Of a DNA stretch of 64,000 nt, positions 28,878 to 37,871 are shown piece by piece. A program made the translations under genes and the position numbers. This DNA comes from Candidatus Heimdallarchaeota archaeon (GTDB lineage Archaea; Asgardarchaeota; Heimdallarchaeia; Heimdallarchaeales; Heimdallarchaeaceae). The DNA lies in NCBI GenBank assembly GCA_030603365.1, contig JAUVXV010000004.1, forward strand, positions 96,001 through 160,000, given 5' to 3'. Below the pieces are notes generated by a model, which was not told the origin of the DNA, ran no database searches, and saw nothing but the letters and a program-made list of their open reading frames with translations. Every line of letters starts with the position of its first letter. Positions within the stretch are counted from its first letter, which is position 1.

Positions 28878-28958
28878 TCTGAAGCTAGCTCTAACATCTG
28901 CTAGATGGTTTCAAGAATGCTTTCCACATTCATCCCCAATGTTTCTCTGGCTAGCTTC
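28878..28958 (-). repeat. Hairpin element copy B (GAAGCTAGCC...AGCTAGCTTCAGA), candidate ncRNA or dispersed repeat
   Basis: Minus strand reads GAAGCTAGCCAGA...GAGCTAGCTTCAGATAAATAA, with internal helices AACAT/ATGTT and GAATGT/GCATTC. Confidence 0.5.
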
Positions 28959-29071
28959 CCCCCTCTCCCCCTCTTTGAAAGATTCACCCTCTTATTGTAC
29001 AAAGCATTTTTGATAAAAAAAGAGTGAATGCTTTAATATCAACTACTCTATTTTCTTCCAAAGTGATTTCA

Positions 29072-29563
29072 ATGCGTGGAATGAGAAGAAAGGAAAAAGC
29101 AATAGATGATATTGAAGAATTGCAGCATATTTTGAAAACTGTTAAACATATTACTATAGCAATGTGTCAAGATAATGAACCCTATTTGGTTACTTTGAGT
29201 CATGGTTATGATCCAAAAGAACATTGTATTTTCTTCCACTGTGCAAGCGAGGGTAAAAAAATCGATATCTTAAAAGAAAATAACATTGTGTGGGGACAGG
29301 CTTTAGTTGATGAAGGGTATATTCAAGGAGCTTGTGATCATCTATATGCAACTGCTCAATTCAAGGGCAAAGTGCGCTTTCTAGAAGATTTTGAAGAGAA
29401 AAAAACAGCTTTGGAACTTATGATTAAGAAACTAGATGAGAAACCAGAGGAAGTAGCTGAAAAACAATTAACAGAGCAATCCGTTACTAGGGTTGCCGTA
29501 GGAAGGATTGACATTGAATATATGAGCGGTAAAAAATCTAAGGATGTAATCATTAGTCTTTGA
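29072..29563 (+). CDS. Pyridoxamine 5'-phosphate oxidase family (NimA-like) flavin-binding protein
   Basis: MRRKEK, PYLVTLSHGY, FHCASEGKKIDIL, MSGK. Confidence 0.88.
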   Translation: MRGMRRKEKAIDDIEELQHILKTVKHITIAMCQDNEPYLVTLSHGYDPKEHCIFFHCASEGKKIDILKENNIVWGQALVDEGYIQGACDHLYATAQFKGKVRFLEDFEEKKTALELMIKKLDEKPEEVAEKQLTEQSVTRVAVGRIDIEYMSGKKSKDVIISL

Positions 29564-29600
29564 CGTTATATTGATAAGTGTTCAAGTTGTCAAATCAAAC

Positions 29601-29849
29601 ATGCCAATGTTCGGTAAATGCGCCCAATGTGGAAGATCTTTAGATGAGGGAAAGAAAACTTGTGGAGCTAGCTTCGCAATATGTAAAAAATGTAAGATGT
29701 TAATCCATCCACATTGTATGGGGGAACATAGGTTAATGCATAATCGCCAAGATATGATAGCAAAATATGCTACAAAAAATGAGTATGATTCTGTTTTTTC
29801 AAGAACTATCGCGTTCATTAAAGAGAAATTGTCTAAATCAAAATCCTGA
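29601..29849 (+). CDS. Small Cys/His-rich zinc finger protein
   Basis: CAQC-x10-C-x6-CKKC-x4-HPHC-x3-H. Confidence 0.7.
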   Translation: MPMFGKCAQCGRSLDEGKKTCGASFAICKKCKMLIHPHCMGEHRLMHNRQDMIAKYATKNEYDSVFSRTIAFIKEKLSKSKS

Positions 29850-29905
29850 TAGTTGAAGGATTGAAAGAAGCCAATATTTTTAACTTTCCGATATCCTTTT
29901 TCATT

Positions 29906-30889
29906 ATGGAATATAGAAGATTAGGTTCTACTGGAGTTAAAATATCTCCTGTTGTTCTTGGAACAATGCAGATGGGATGGAGAGTGGAGGAAGAAGAATC
30001 TTTCAAAATAATGGATAAGGCAATTGAGTTGGGTATTAATTGCTTTGATACAGCTGATGTCTATTCTTATTGGGCTGATAATAGTTATCCTGGAAAGACT
30101 GAAGAGATAATAGGTCGATGGCTAGAAGATAGAGGCGCAAGAGATGATCTTGTTCTAGCTACTAAGCTCAGAGGAGCAATGAGTGATGATATTAATGATC
30201 GAGGTTTATCTCGAAGACATGTTCATCAAGCTATTAAAGGAAGTTTGAAAAGACTTCAGACAGACTGGATTGACCTTTATCAGATACATAGTTTTGATAA
30301 TGATGTACCTATTGAGGAAACTCTTCATGCTCTTAACCTGCTAGTGGATGATGGTTTAGTTAACTATATTGGCGCATCAAATATTCACCCTTGGATGTTA
30401 GTTGAATCCTTTTGGGTAAGCGAAAAAAATGGTTATGCTCGTTTTGAAACTGTTCAACCTCCATATAGTATTGTAAGAAGAATGCTGGTAGAACATCAAA
30501 TGGAACATGTGATCAAGAAATATTGTCTAGGCGTTATTCCTTACAGTCCTTTAGCGGGAGGGTTCTTGACCAATAGATACTCTAGAGATGGTCCAATCCC
30601 AGATACACCACGAAGTGAAGGCGCTCAAAAACGATACTTTACAGAGAAGAGATGGGCAATACATGAAGCAGTAAAAGAAATCGCAGATGTTAAGGAAGCG
30701 AAAATGACACAAGTAGCAATAGCTTGGATATTAACTAAAGATTTCATTACTGCACCAATAGTAGGAGCAAATAGCGTTGAGCAACTAGAAGATAATCTAG
30801 GAGCTTTAGACATAAAACTAGATGAAGATGAAATAAAAAGATTAGATGAAGTGTCAGACTGGGTTGCTGATTACGAAGAAATCAGATAA
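29906..30889 (+). CDS. Aldo/keto reductase
   Basis: FDTADVY, LATK, SLKRLQTDWIDLYQIH, PYSPLAGG, PIVGA. Confidence 0.95.
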   Translation: MEYRRLGSTGVKISPVVLGTMQMGWRVEEEESFKIMDKAIELGINCFDTADVYSYWADNSYPGKTEEIIGRWLEDRGARDDLVLATKLRGAMSDDINDRGLSRRHVHQAIKGSLKRLQTDWIDLYQIHSFDNDVPIEETLHALNLLVDDGLVNYIGASNIHPWMLVESFWVSEKNGYARFETVQPPYSIVRRMLVEHQMEHVIKKYCLGVIPYSPLAGGFLTNRYSRDGPIPDTPRSEGAQKRYFTEKRWAIHEAVKEIADVKEAKMTQVAIAWILTKDFITAPIVGANSVEQLEDNLGALDIKLDEDEIKRLDEVSDWVADYEEIR

Positions 30890-31570
30890 CTATTTCCAGA
30901 ACTGCCACCATTTCTTTTCTCTTCTTGGTTCTTTTTTCTCTACAGTACTTCTGAGTTCTAGTACTCCGTCTTTTATCCCTAGTTTGAAAACCATGTTACG
31001 AAAACCTTCAGGTTCATTTTCTTCTTCAATAACATAAACTAACGGAGCGAATTTTCTTTCTACCTCAAGCTTTCTTGAAATTCTACCTGCTTCATATTTC
31101 TCTTTGATTTGGCTTTCCTTACCTATCCAAATGTAGATGTCTTCGTGGGCATCAAGAAGAAAGGCATCATCAGATTTGAAATATTGATATCCAACTGGTA
31201 AATCTATAATATCTACTTCTCCTTTATCATCCTCTCTTAGTTGAAGTAAACGCATATCTTTCTGGATTTTCTTTTCAAAATGTTTTAGAAAACCTGGAGT
31301 ATCACCCTCTACAACTTCAAAATCAATAATCCTGGTGAAAATTGCGGGTTCTTCACCCTCTAAAACTGCTTTTATTTTCAAATCCTTCTTCTTCTCTTCT
31401 ACAATCTTAGCTCCCCAAGCACCTACAGCTTTGTCATCACAATAAGACTTAGATCCTAACCAAATCCAGAGTTCAGTGTCTGTTTCAATAACATACACGT
31501 CACCATTTAGAAATATGTAAGGTACCTCTAGGGGTATTAATTCCTTTTTTGAAACATGAAATACGTTCAT
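30890..31570 (-). CDS. Two-domain gelsolin-like actin regulator
   Basis: Two gelsolin repeats (GDVYVI...LWIWLGS...DDK; DDAFLLD...IYIWIGKES...EK...EEENEPEGF) and a KKWWQFWK tail. ATG 31570 preferred. Confidence 0.88.
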   Translation of the reverse strand: MNVFHVSKKELIPLEVPYIFLNGDVYVIETDTELWIWLGSKSYCDDKAVGAWGAKIVEEKKKDLKIKAVLEGEEPAIFTRIIDFEVVEGDTPGFLKHFEKKIQKDMRLLQLREDDKGEVDIIDLPVGYQYFKSDDAFLLDAHEDIYIWIGKESQIKEKYEAGRISRKLEVERKFAPLVYVIEEENEPEGFRNMVFKLGIKDGVLELRSTVEKKEPRREKKWWQFWK

Positions 31571-31635
31571 ACCACTGGTAAGATTAGTGAACAATATAAT
31601 GATTTCCCTAAGAAGCGATTAGAATTTTCAAAAAT

Positions 31636-32604
31636 TCATTTAACTTCTTTGGGTAAATGTATCGCAAAAGTGCAGATATCATCTCCTTTCAAAACCGATT
31701 TTATTAGATCTACTTCCAAAGATTGTTCGAAAATACCTTCAAAAGGAACTTTGTGCCAGCCACCTGAACAATTACAAAACGTATGTGAAACTTGATTTGC
31801 TTCGGGTTTTTGTAATGAGTCTCTAACCCAGGCACAATGACAATAATGATAACGCTTGGTTTTCTCATCTTTAGCTTCAATAAATTTTTTTATTTGATAA
31901 GGAATTTTAGATACATAAACAATATTCCCTTCTCTTTTTCCCGCTTCTATAGTTGGATCTGCTTCAACGTACTTATATTCTGGAGAATCATACCCATAGC
32001 GATCACCAATAGTCTTCTTCCATTTGTCATGTAAGTGCTGTAAAACAACATCAATACTGCCTGATTTTTTATACATTCGTTTTAGTTTTTTAAACGATGG
32101 GGACTCTGGGCTTTTGAAGTGTAAATTATTGTTTAGAATTATCTTGCATGTTTTCTCATCAACATTAGCTTCTAGACAGTCCATCATACATTTTGTCCAG
32201 TCTGCTTTTCTTGCAGTTGTAGAGGTTTGCTTAATGGAACCACCAGCTTCCATGATTTGTTGCTGTAATTCTTCACCCACATATTCATTTAGTGTCTCTT
32301 CGAGTCTAAATAGCCATGTTCCTCTACCTAACAGTTGATTCGAATTAGCAATTAAATTATTATTTTTTGTTGCTTTCCCATAACTTATCATAACTCGAAG
32401 AAATCTTTTCTTCTTTTTCTTATCAACTTCCCACTGTTTGAGAAAAGCTTGTAAATCTTTCAAGTATGATTTATCTATCCCAAGAGATTTCTTTTCGTTT
32501 TTAAGATAATCATCAATTTTTCTTACAAAAGCAACGTATATCTCTGTAGTGTTTTCTTGCTTGTTTTGTGATTTCAAGTAATTAATAAATTTCTCCTCTT
32601 GCAT
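31636..32604 (-). CDS. DUF6144-like (V4R-related) protein with integrase SAM-like N-terminal domain
   Basis: YCHCAW, FCNCSGGW, SVLKGDDICTFAIHLP; N-terminal FINYLK...ENTTEIY. Confidence 0.7.
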   Translation of the reverse strand: MQEEKFINYLKSQNKQENTTEIYVAFVRKIDDYLKNEKKSLGIDKSYLKDLQAFLKQWEVDKKKKKRFLRVMISYGKATKNNNLIANSNQLLGRGTWLFRLEETLNEYVGEELQQQIMEAGGSIKQTSTTARKADWTKCMMDCLEANVDEKTCKIILNNNLHFKSPESPSFKKLKRMYKKSGSIDVVLQHLHDKWKKTIGDRYGYDSPEYKYVEADPTIEAGKREGNIVYVSKIPYQIKKFIEAKDEKTKRYHYCHCAWVRDSLQKPEANQVSHTFCNCSGGWHKVPFEGIFEQSLEVDLIKSVLKGDDICTFAIHLPKEVK

Positions 32605-32690
32605 TGTTTATACCTTATTACTGCATGAAGTAAATTCATATAACAGTTTAAGTTTTTGAATATATAAAGTAGTTAGAGGTTCTTAAGTTT

Positions 32691-33683
32691 TCAACTAATC
32701 TCTTTGATTTCTTCTACCTTTCCACCTATATCTAGACCTGCATTTCTCCCCCTTCCCTCAAAAATCACCTTGTCTCCTTTTCTATTAAATTCTACTAGTT
32801 TAATGTCTACTTGAGCAGTTATACTTTCCAAAATACGTCCAGTCATAGAACCCTCAATGGGTGAAGCAAGGTCTACGCCCTCTGATTTGTGTGCTTCAAT
32901 TTCTAATCTTCTCTTTCGATCAGCAAAATGCATAACAATCTTTTTTTCTCCAATGTTTAATTTAGTTAATTTAGCACCAGTATAATTTGTAAAACGATAG
33001 ACTTTCCCTTTGTAGTAAAAACCTGCAACATAACCATCAAAAGCACTCCCTATCCAAGGTATTTTAGCAAAAGAAGCCATCAATGAAGTATCTGGAGTGT
33101 CAAAATGGTTTGATTGTAACCAAAGATAATAATGTGGGAAACTTCTACCGTAATCCTTCTCTATGTAACCCTTTCCGCCAGTAAAATCTATCTTGTTTGC
33201 ATTAATTTCTAATTCACCCTCTAGGACGTGATCAAATCCAAGAACACCGTGGTAACATTCCATGAAGGGAACAAACCTATACCAGCTCATAACTCCAGGA
33301 GAAAAAGCTTTGACTGGCCAATTCTTAAGGTTTGAATGTTTGATTCTTCCTTTTATCTTGTAGTTGTCTTTGTTGATGTTTAACTCAATGAATTCAGAAT
33401 TGAATCTATTTTCACCAATACTTACATCAAAGCTCTTCTTGGAGAATTGAAAATCAGAAAAGTCATACTCAAAGAAGTTCATTACAGCTTTTTTACCATC
33501 GAAAAACTGAATGAAAGAAATAGCTTTACCATCTTTCTCGAAAGAAACACCTGGAATAATGGCGTAGATATTCTCTTCCTTTTTATCTACGATCTTGAAA
33601 TACCATCCCTCAAAATATGATCGCATCTTCCTTTTGCCCTGATAATTTGCTGGTTTCCATATATTCCTGAATCTTCTAAACAT
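32691..33683 (-). CDS. Tocopherol cyclase family protein
   Basis: YFEGWYFK, FMECYHG, GKGYIEKDYGRSFP, WLQSNHF, AKIPW. Confidence 0.88.
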   Translation of the reverse strand: MFRRFRNIWKPANYQGKRKMRSYFEGWYFKIVDKKEENIYAIIPGVSFEKDGKAISFIQFFDGKKAVMNFFEYDFSDFQFSKKSFDVSIGENRFNSEFIELNINKDNYKIKGRIKHSNLKNWPVKAFSPGVMSWYRFVPFMECYHGVLGFDHVLEGELEINANKIDFTGGKGYIEKDYGRSFPHYYLWLQSNHFDTPDTSLMASFAKIPWIGSAFDGYVAGFYYKGKVYRFTNYTGAKLTKLNIGEKKIVMHFADRKRRLEIEAHKSEGVDLASPIEGSMTGRILESITAQVDIKLVEFNRKGDKVIFEGRGRNAGLDIGGKVEEIKEIS

Positions 33684-33819
33684 CGAGTTCTCGCCAGGTA
33701 GTTATTAGAATGCTATTTTATAACGCTTATTGCTTTACAAAACAATTTTAGCTTATTTTCTCAAGAGTTTTGATTTTCTGTTTTTGGTGTTTTTATATTG
33801 TATTTAGTATATAAAATGA

Positions 33820-33875
33820 GGGTGTGAACATCTGCTCGTCTTTAGCCCTAGCTACCTTACAACAGATGAACGCCC
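33820..33875 (+). promoter_or_regulatory. Structured 5' leader hairpin with GAA/A internal loop
   Basis: Helices GGGTGT/ACGCCC and CATCTG/CAGATG separated by a GAA/A loop; begins about 25 nt after TTTATAT (about 33792). Confidence 0.5.
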
Positions 33876-33896
33876 AATAGAGAATGGTGAAATAAA

Positions 33897-34019
33897 ATGA
33901 GCAAAACAAAATATCAGCGTATGATAAGGCAAGCAGAAAATGAGTGGAAGTATTCCTTGGAGAACAAAGCGAAGCAAAAGAATCTTTACTTCTTTAACGG
34001 ACAGATGATTCTCTGCTAA
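33897..34019 (+). CDS. Small protein, 40 aa (MSKTKYQRMIRQAENEWKYSLENKAKQKNLYFFNGQMILC), absent from the ORF track
   Basis: GGTGA SD 6 nt upstream of the ATG, TATA-like box further upstream, fills an intergenic gap. Confidence 0.55.
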   Translation: MSKTKYQRMIRQAENEWKYSLENKAKQKNLYFFNGQMILC

Positions 34020-34058
34020 ACTTTAAATTTGCATAGGATTTTCTTACTATGAAAAACA

Positions 34059-36134
34059 TTGAACAATGAAACACTACAACAAACTGTTCGGATTGGTATT
34101 GACACAGGAGGGACCTTTACCGACTATGTTATTGTTTCGGAGGGGTATATTCAAGCTTGGAAGACTCCAACAACCCCAAAAGACCCAAGCGAAGGTATAG
34201 TCTTTGGATTTAACGAAATAATGGAAAAGTTTCACTTTCAAAAAAATGATGTAGAAATCATTGTTCATGGAACAACAATAGGTACAAACGCTTTTTTGGA
34301 GGACAAATGTCCTCCTATTGCCTTTCTAACAACAAAAGGTTTCAAAGATATTATAGAAATTGGTCGACAACAGAGATCTGAGTTATATAATTTGAAGTTT
34401 AAACAGAAATATCCTGTTAATTTCAATAAGGATATACTATTCGAAATTGAAGAACGTATGGATAACAATGGCAAGATATTGACACAACTTGATTTGACTT
34501 CCTTGCCTAATTTTGCTTCAGCTTTAAGATCCAAGTCAATTGATACTGCAGCTGTTTCACTGTTATTTTCATTTCTTAACCCAACTCATGAAAATAGAAT
34601 TAGTAAATTTTTAAGTGAGGAAGGCTTCAACGTTTTTACTTCATTTGAGATTAGTCCTCAAATCCGAGAGTACGAACGCTCCGTTACTACAATAGTAAAT
34701 GCCAAAGTTAGTCCTGTAGTCAATTCGTATTTATCAAAATTACAAAGTAAATTAATAGAAAACAAAATTAATGCCCCTCTTTTAATCATGCAATCAAACA
34801 CTGGAATGAGTGATGTTGCAGCAATAGGTAAATCTGGGATACAAACCCTCTACTCTGGTCTAGCAGGTGGAGTTCTGGCTGCAGCTGAGAGTCTCAAACA
34901 TCTTAATCGTACTCATTTAGTGTCTCTAGACATTGGTGGAACTTCAACAGATGTTTCTGCTTTAATTGATGCCCCAGTTATTTTAAGAGAAAGAAATTTC
35001 GGAGGTTTTCCATTAGTTGCTAGTATGGTTGATGTAGAAACCATAGGAAGCGGAGGTGGTTCTATTGCCAAATTCAAAGATGGTTTACTGACTGTTGGTC
35101 CTGAATCTCAAGGAGCAAACCCTGGACCAGCTTGTTACTCGTTAGGAGGGAATTTGGTTACTTTAACTGATGCTAATCTTTACTTAGGTTATGTTCATGA
35201 AGATAACTTCGCAGGAAATTTGAATATAGATAAAAACAAATCTCATCTGTACTTGACCAAGCTCTATGATGAAATAAAATCTTCTTCATTTTCCCTTGAG
35301 ATGGATTCTATAGACGAACTAGCAATCTCAATAAGAAAAATACTGAACAATAATATTGCAAATGCAATAAGAATTGTTACAATCCAACGAGGGTTGGATC
35401 CAAGAGATTTTGCACTTCTAGGTTTTGGAGGAGCAGGACCTCTACAAGCTTGGGACATTGCTCAAGAACTAGAGATGGGAGGAGTAATTATACCTCCGTT
35501 CCCTGGAGTATGGTCTGCATTTGGTCTTATTTCTTCAGATATCAAACATGAAAAAACTCAATCATATCTTCAAACAACAGATAATCTTGAGATAAGTGAT
35601 ATTAACAGCAAAATGCAAGAAATTCAGCAAAAACTTGTTGAGATATTAGATAGTGAAGAAGTAGCAAAAGGAAACCAAAGATTTAGTTATTCTTTGGATA
35701 TGCGATATGTTGGACAATCTGATTTTCTTACACTAGATATCGAATTTCCTTTAAATAAAAGTCAATTAGATGAAATTATTAGTCGATTTCAAATCCTGCA
35801 CAACCAGAATTATTCTTGGTTTGATAAAGAACTACAAGTTGAAGTTGTGAATATATCAGTTAGTGGGATTGGTCTTGTACCAAGAACAAAATTACCTAAA
35901 CTCCAAGTAGGAAAGGAAAGATCACCACAAGATTCACACAAAACGAGTAGAAGGATTAACTTTGATGGAGATTGGACAGATACTCTTGTTTATGAAAAAT
36001 CTAGGCTTCTAGCAAATAATGTACTAGAAGGACCATGTATAATTGATCAGTTAGATACAACTACAGTAATCCCTCCAAAGGTTAAGGGTATAGTGGATAA
36101 GCTTGGATATATTTCAATGGAGGAAATAAAATGA
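34059..36134 (+). CDS. hyuA: Hydantoinase A / 5-oxoprolinase subunit
   Basis: GIDTGGTFTD, HGTT, DIGGTSTD, GSGGGS, GPESQGANPGPACY, FGGAGP. Confidence 0.93.
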   Translation: MNNETLQQTVRIGIDTGGTFTDYVIVSEGYIQAWKTPTTPKDPSEGIVFGFNEIMEKFHFQKNDVEIIVHGTTIGTNAFLEDKCPPIAFLTTKGFKDIIEIGRQQRSELYNLKFKQKYPVNFNKDILFEIEERMDNNGKILTQLDLTSLPNFASALRSKSIDTAAVSLLFSFLNPTHENRISKFLSEEGFNVFTSFEISPQIREYERSVTTIVNAKVSPVVNSYLSKLQSKLIENKINAPLLIMQSNTGMSDVAAIGKSGIQTLYSGLAGGVLAAAESLKHLNRTHLVSLDIGGTSTDVSALIDAPVILRERNFGGFPLVASMVDVETIGSGGGSIAKFKDGLLTVGPESQGANPGPACYSLGGNLVTLTDANLYLGYVHEDNFAGNLNIDKNKSHLYLTKLYDEIKSSSFSLEMDSIDELAISIRKILNNNIANAIRIVTIQRGLDPRDFALLGFGGAGPLQAWDIAQELEMGGVIIPPFPGVWSAFGLISSDIKHEKTQSYLQTTDNLEISDINSKMQEIQQKLVEILDSEEVAKGNQRFSYSLDMRYVGQSDFLTLDIEFPLNKSQLDEIISRFQILHNQNYSWFDKELQVEVVNISVSGIGLVPRTKLPKLQVGKERSPQDSHKTSRRINFDGDWTDTLVYEKSRLLANNVLEGPCIIDQLDTTTVIPPKVKGIVDKLGYISMEEIK

Positions 36135-37714
36135 GTACAGGATTTAGTTTAATCGAGGCACAAGTAATCAATCAAGCATTGACCAATGTAGCTTTAGAAA
36201 CAGGTATTGTTCTCCAACGTTCAGCTTTTTCACCAAATATTCGTGATAGATTAGATTTTTCAAGTGCTATATTGGATCAACATGGTCGTTTAATCGCTCA
36301 AGCAGAACACATCCCTGTTCATCTAGGGGCAATGCCAGAGGGTGTTAAAGCTTTAATCAAACATTTTGGTAAAGAGAATATACTTGATGGCGATATATAC
36401 ATTGCCAATAATCCTTACTTGGGTGGAACACATTTACCCGATATAGCAGTAGTAAAACCAATCTTCTTTGATCAAACCTTAGTTGGATATATTGCAAACA
36501 GATGTCATCATGCAGATGTTGGAGGTGTTGTCCCTGGGTCTATGCCAAGTGGAAAATATACTCTGGAAGAAGAAGGATTTGTTATTAATCCAACAGTTTT
36601 GGAACGAAATGGTGTTCTAAATCAAGATTGGTTCAATGAGTTTCTATCAAAAATACGAGTTCCAGATGAAAGAAAAGGGGATATTCAAGCACAACTAGCT
36701 TCCACTAAAATCGGTGAAAAGAAGTTTCATTCAATTCTTAAGAAATATTCTTTAGAGAGAGTTCAGCAAATTATTGATTTCCTTAATGAACGATCCAAAA
36801 ATGCTTCTTTAGAACTCATTAGAACCATCCCTGAAAACCAAAAGGTTAGTTTTACTGACTATATGGATAACGATGGAGTGAAAGAGGATCCTATAGGTAT
36901 AACAGCTGAAGTTGAAAGAAAGGGTGACAAACTAATAGTTGATTATAGTAAAACCGATAATCAAGTTGAAGGAAATATCAATGCTACTTATGCCGTAACC
37001 CTCTCAGCGACATATTATATTCTGCGTTGTTTGGTTTCTAGGGAGTATGCTACAAACAGTGGATTATATGAACCACTGGAGATTATAACAAAGAAAGGAA
37101 CATTGATTGATCCTCTTCCTCCCGCTGGTGTAGCAGCTGGAAATGTTGAAACTAGCCAAAGAATAACTGATGTGATGATCGGCGTTTTCTCACAACTATT
37201 CCCAGACGATATTCCTGCAGCTAGCAGCGGAACAATGAATAATATAATTATTGGAGGAGTAAACCCCAAAGGAGTGCAGTTCACTTATTATGAAACACTT
37301 GCCGGTGGGATAGGTGCAGGAAAGAATTACTCTCCTCCAAATGCAAAACACAGTCATATGACAAACACAAGAAATACTTCTGTTGAAGTTCTAGAGAAAT
37401 ATTATCCTCTAAGAATTCATGAATACTCTGTACTGCCTAATACAGGTGGTGAAGGAAAGTGGTCAGGAAGTAATGGTATTCGTAGAGCTGTTGAGTTGGT
37501 AGCTGATGAAGCTATTCTGTCTATTCAAAGTGAAAGAAGAAAATATTCGCCTTTTGGTTTGCTTGGTGGAAAGGATGGAGCGAAAGGTAAGAACATTTTG
37601 AAGACCCAAGAAGAGACAATTATACTTCCATCAAAAGTTACTAAGAAAATACTGAAGGGAGACATTGTCATTATAGAAACTCCTGGTGGTGGAGGATACG
37701 GAAAAGCAGAATAA
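36131..37714 (+). CDS. hyuB: Hydantoinase B / 5-oxoprolinase subunit
   Basis: SPNIRDRLDFS, HIPVHLGAM, NNPYLGGTHLPD, GNVETSQ, MTNT, TPGGGGYG. Confidence 0.93.
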   Translation: MSTGFSLIEAQVINQALTNVALETGIVLQRSAFSPNIRDRLDFSSAILDQHGRLIAQAEHIPVHLGAMPEGVKALIKHFGKENILDGDIYIANNPYLGGTHLPDIAVVKPIFFDQTLVGYIANRCHHADVGGVVPGSMPSGKYTLEEEGFVINPTVLERNGVLNQDWFNEFLSKIRVPDERKGDIQAQLASTKIGEKKFHSILKKYSLERVQQIIDFLNERSKNASLELIRTIPENQKVSFTDYMDNDGVKEDPIGITAEVERKGDKLIVDYSKTDNQVEGNINATYAVTLSATYYILRCLVSREYATNSGLYEPLEIITKKGTLIDPLPPAGVAAGNVETSQRITDVMIGVFSQLFPDDIPAASSGTMNNIIIGGVNPKGVQFTYYETLAGGIGAGKNYSPPNAKHSHMTNTRNTSVEVLEKYYPLRIHEYSVLPNTGGEGKWSGSNGIRRAVELVADEAILSIQSERRKYSPFGLLGGKDGAKGKNILKTQEETIILPSKVTKKILKGDIVIIETPGGGGYGKAE

Positions 37715-37871
37715 AGTGTGTTAGTACCGTATTATTTTGGTATTACTGTTTTTCTTATTTTTTGCTTTTAAGCTCCCAAACATACACAACTGAGGTTTTT
37801 TGCTTTTAGAGCATTTTTGTCGTATATTCGCTACACAAAAGATTTAGATAGGACTAAACTAAATCTAGTTC

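Noticed and set aside
28878-28958. Hammerhead ribozyme or integron attC site
   Set aside because: It lacks the CUGAUGA core and proper RYYYAAC/GTTRRRY ends, and no integron integrase or cassette array is present.
33820-33875. Functional SECIS element
   Set aside because: It has a GAA/A loop, but no neighbouring gene shows a credible in-frame TGA. The overlapping ATG-AGG-GTG-TGA frame stops after nine codons even with read-through. Kept only as a structured leader.
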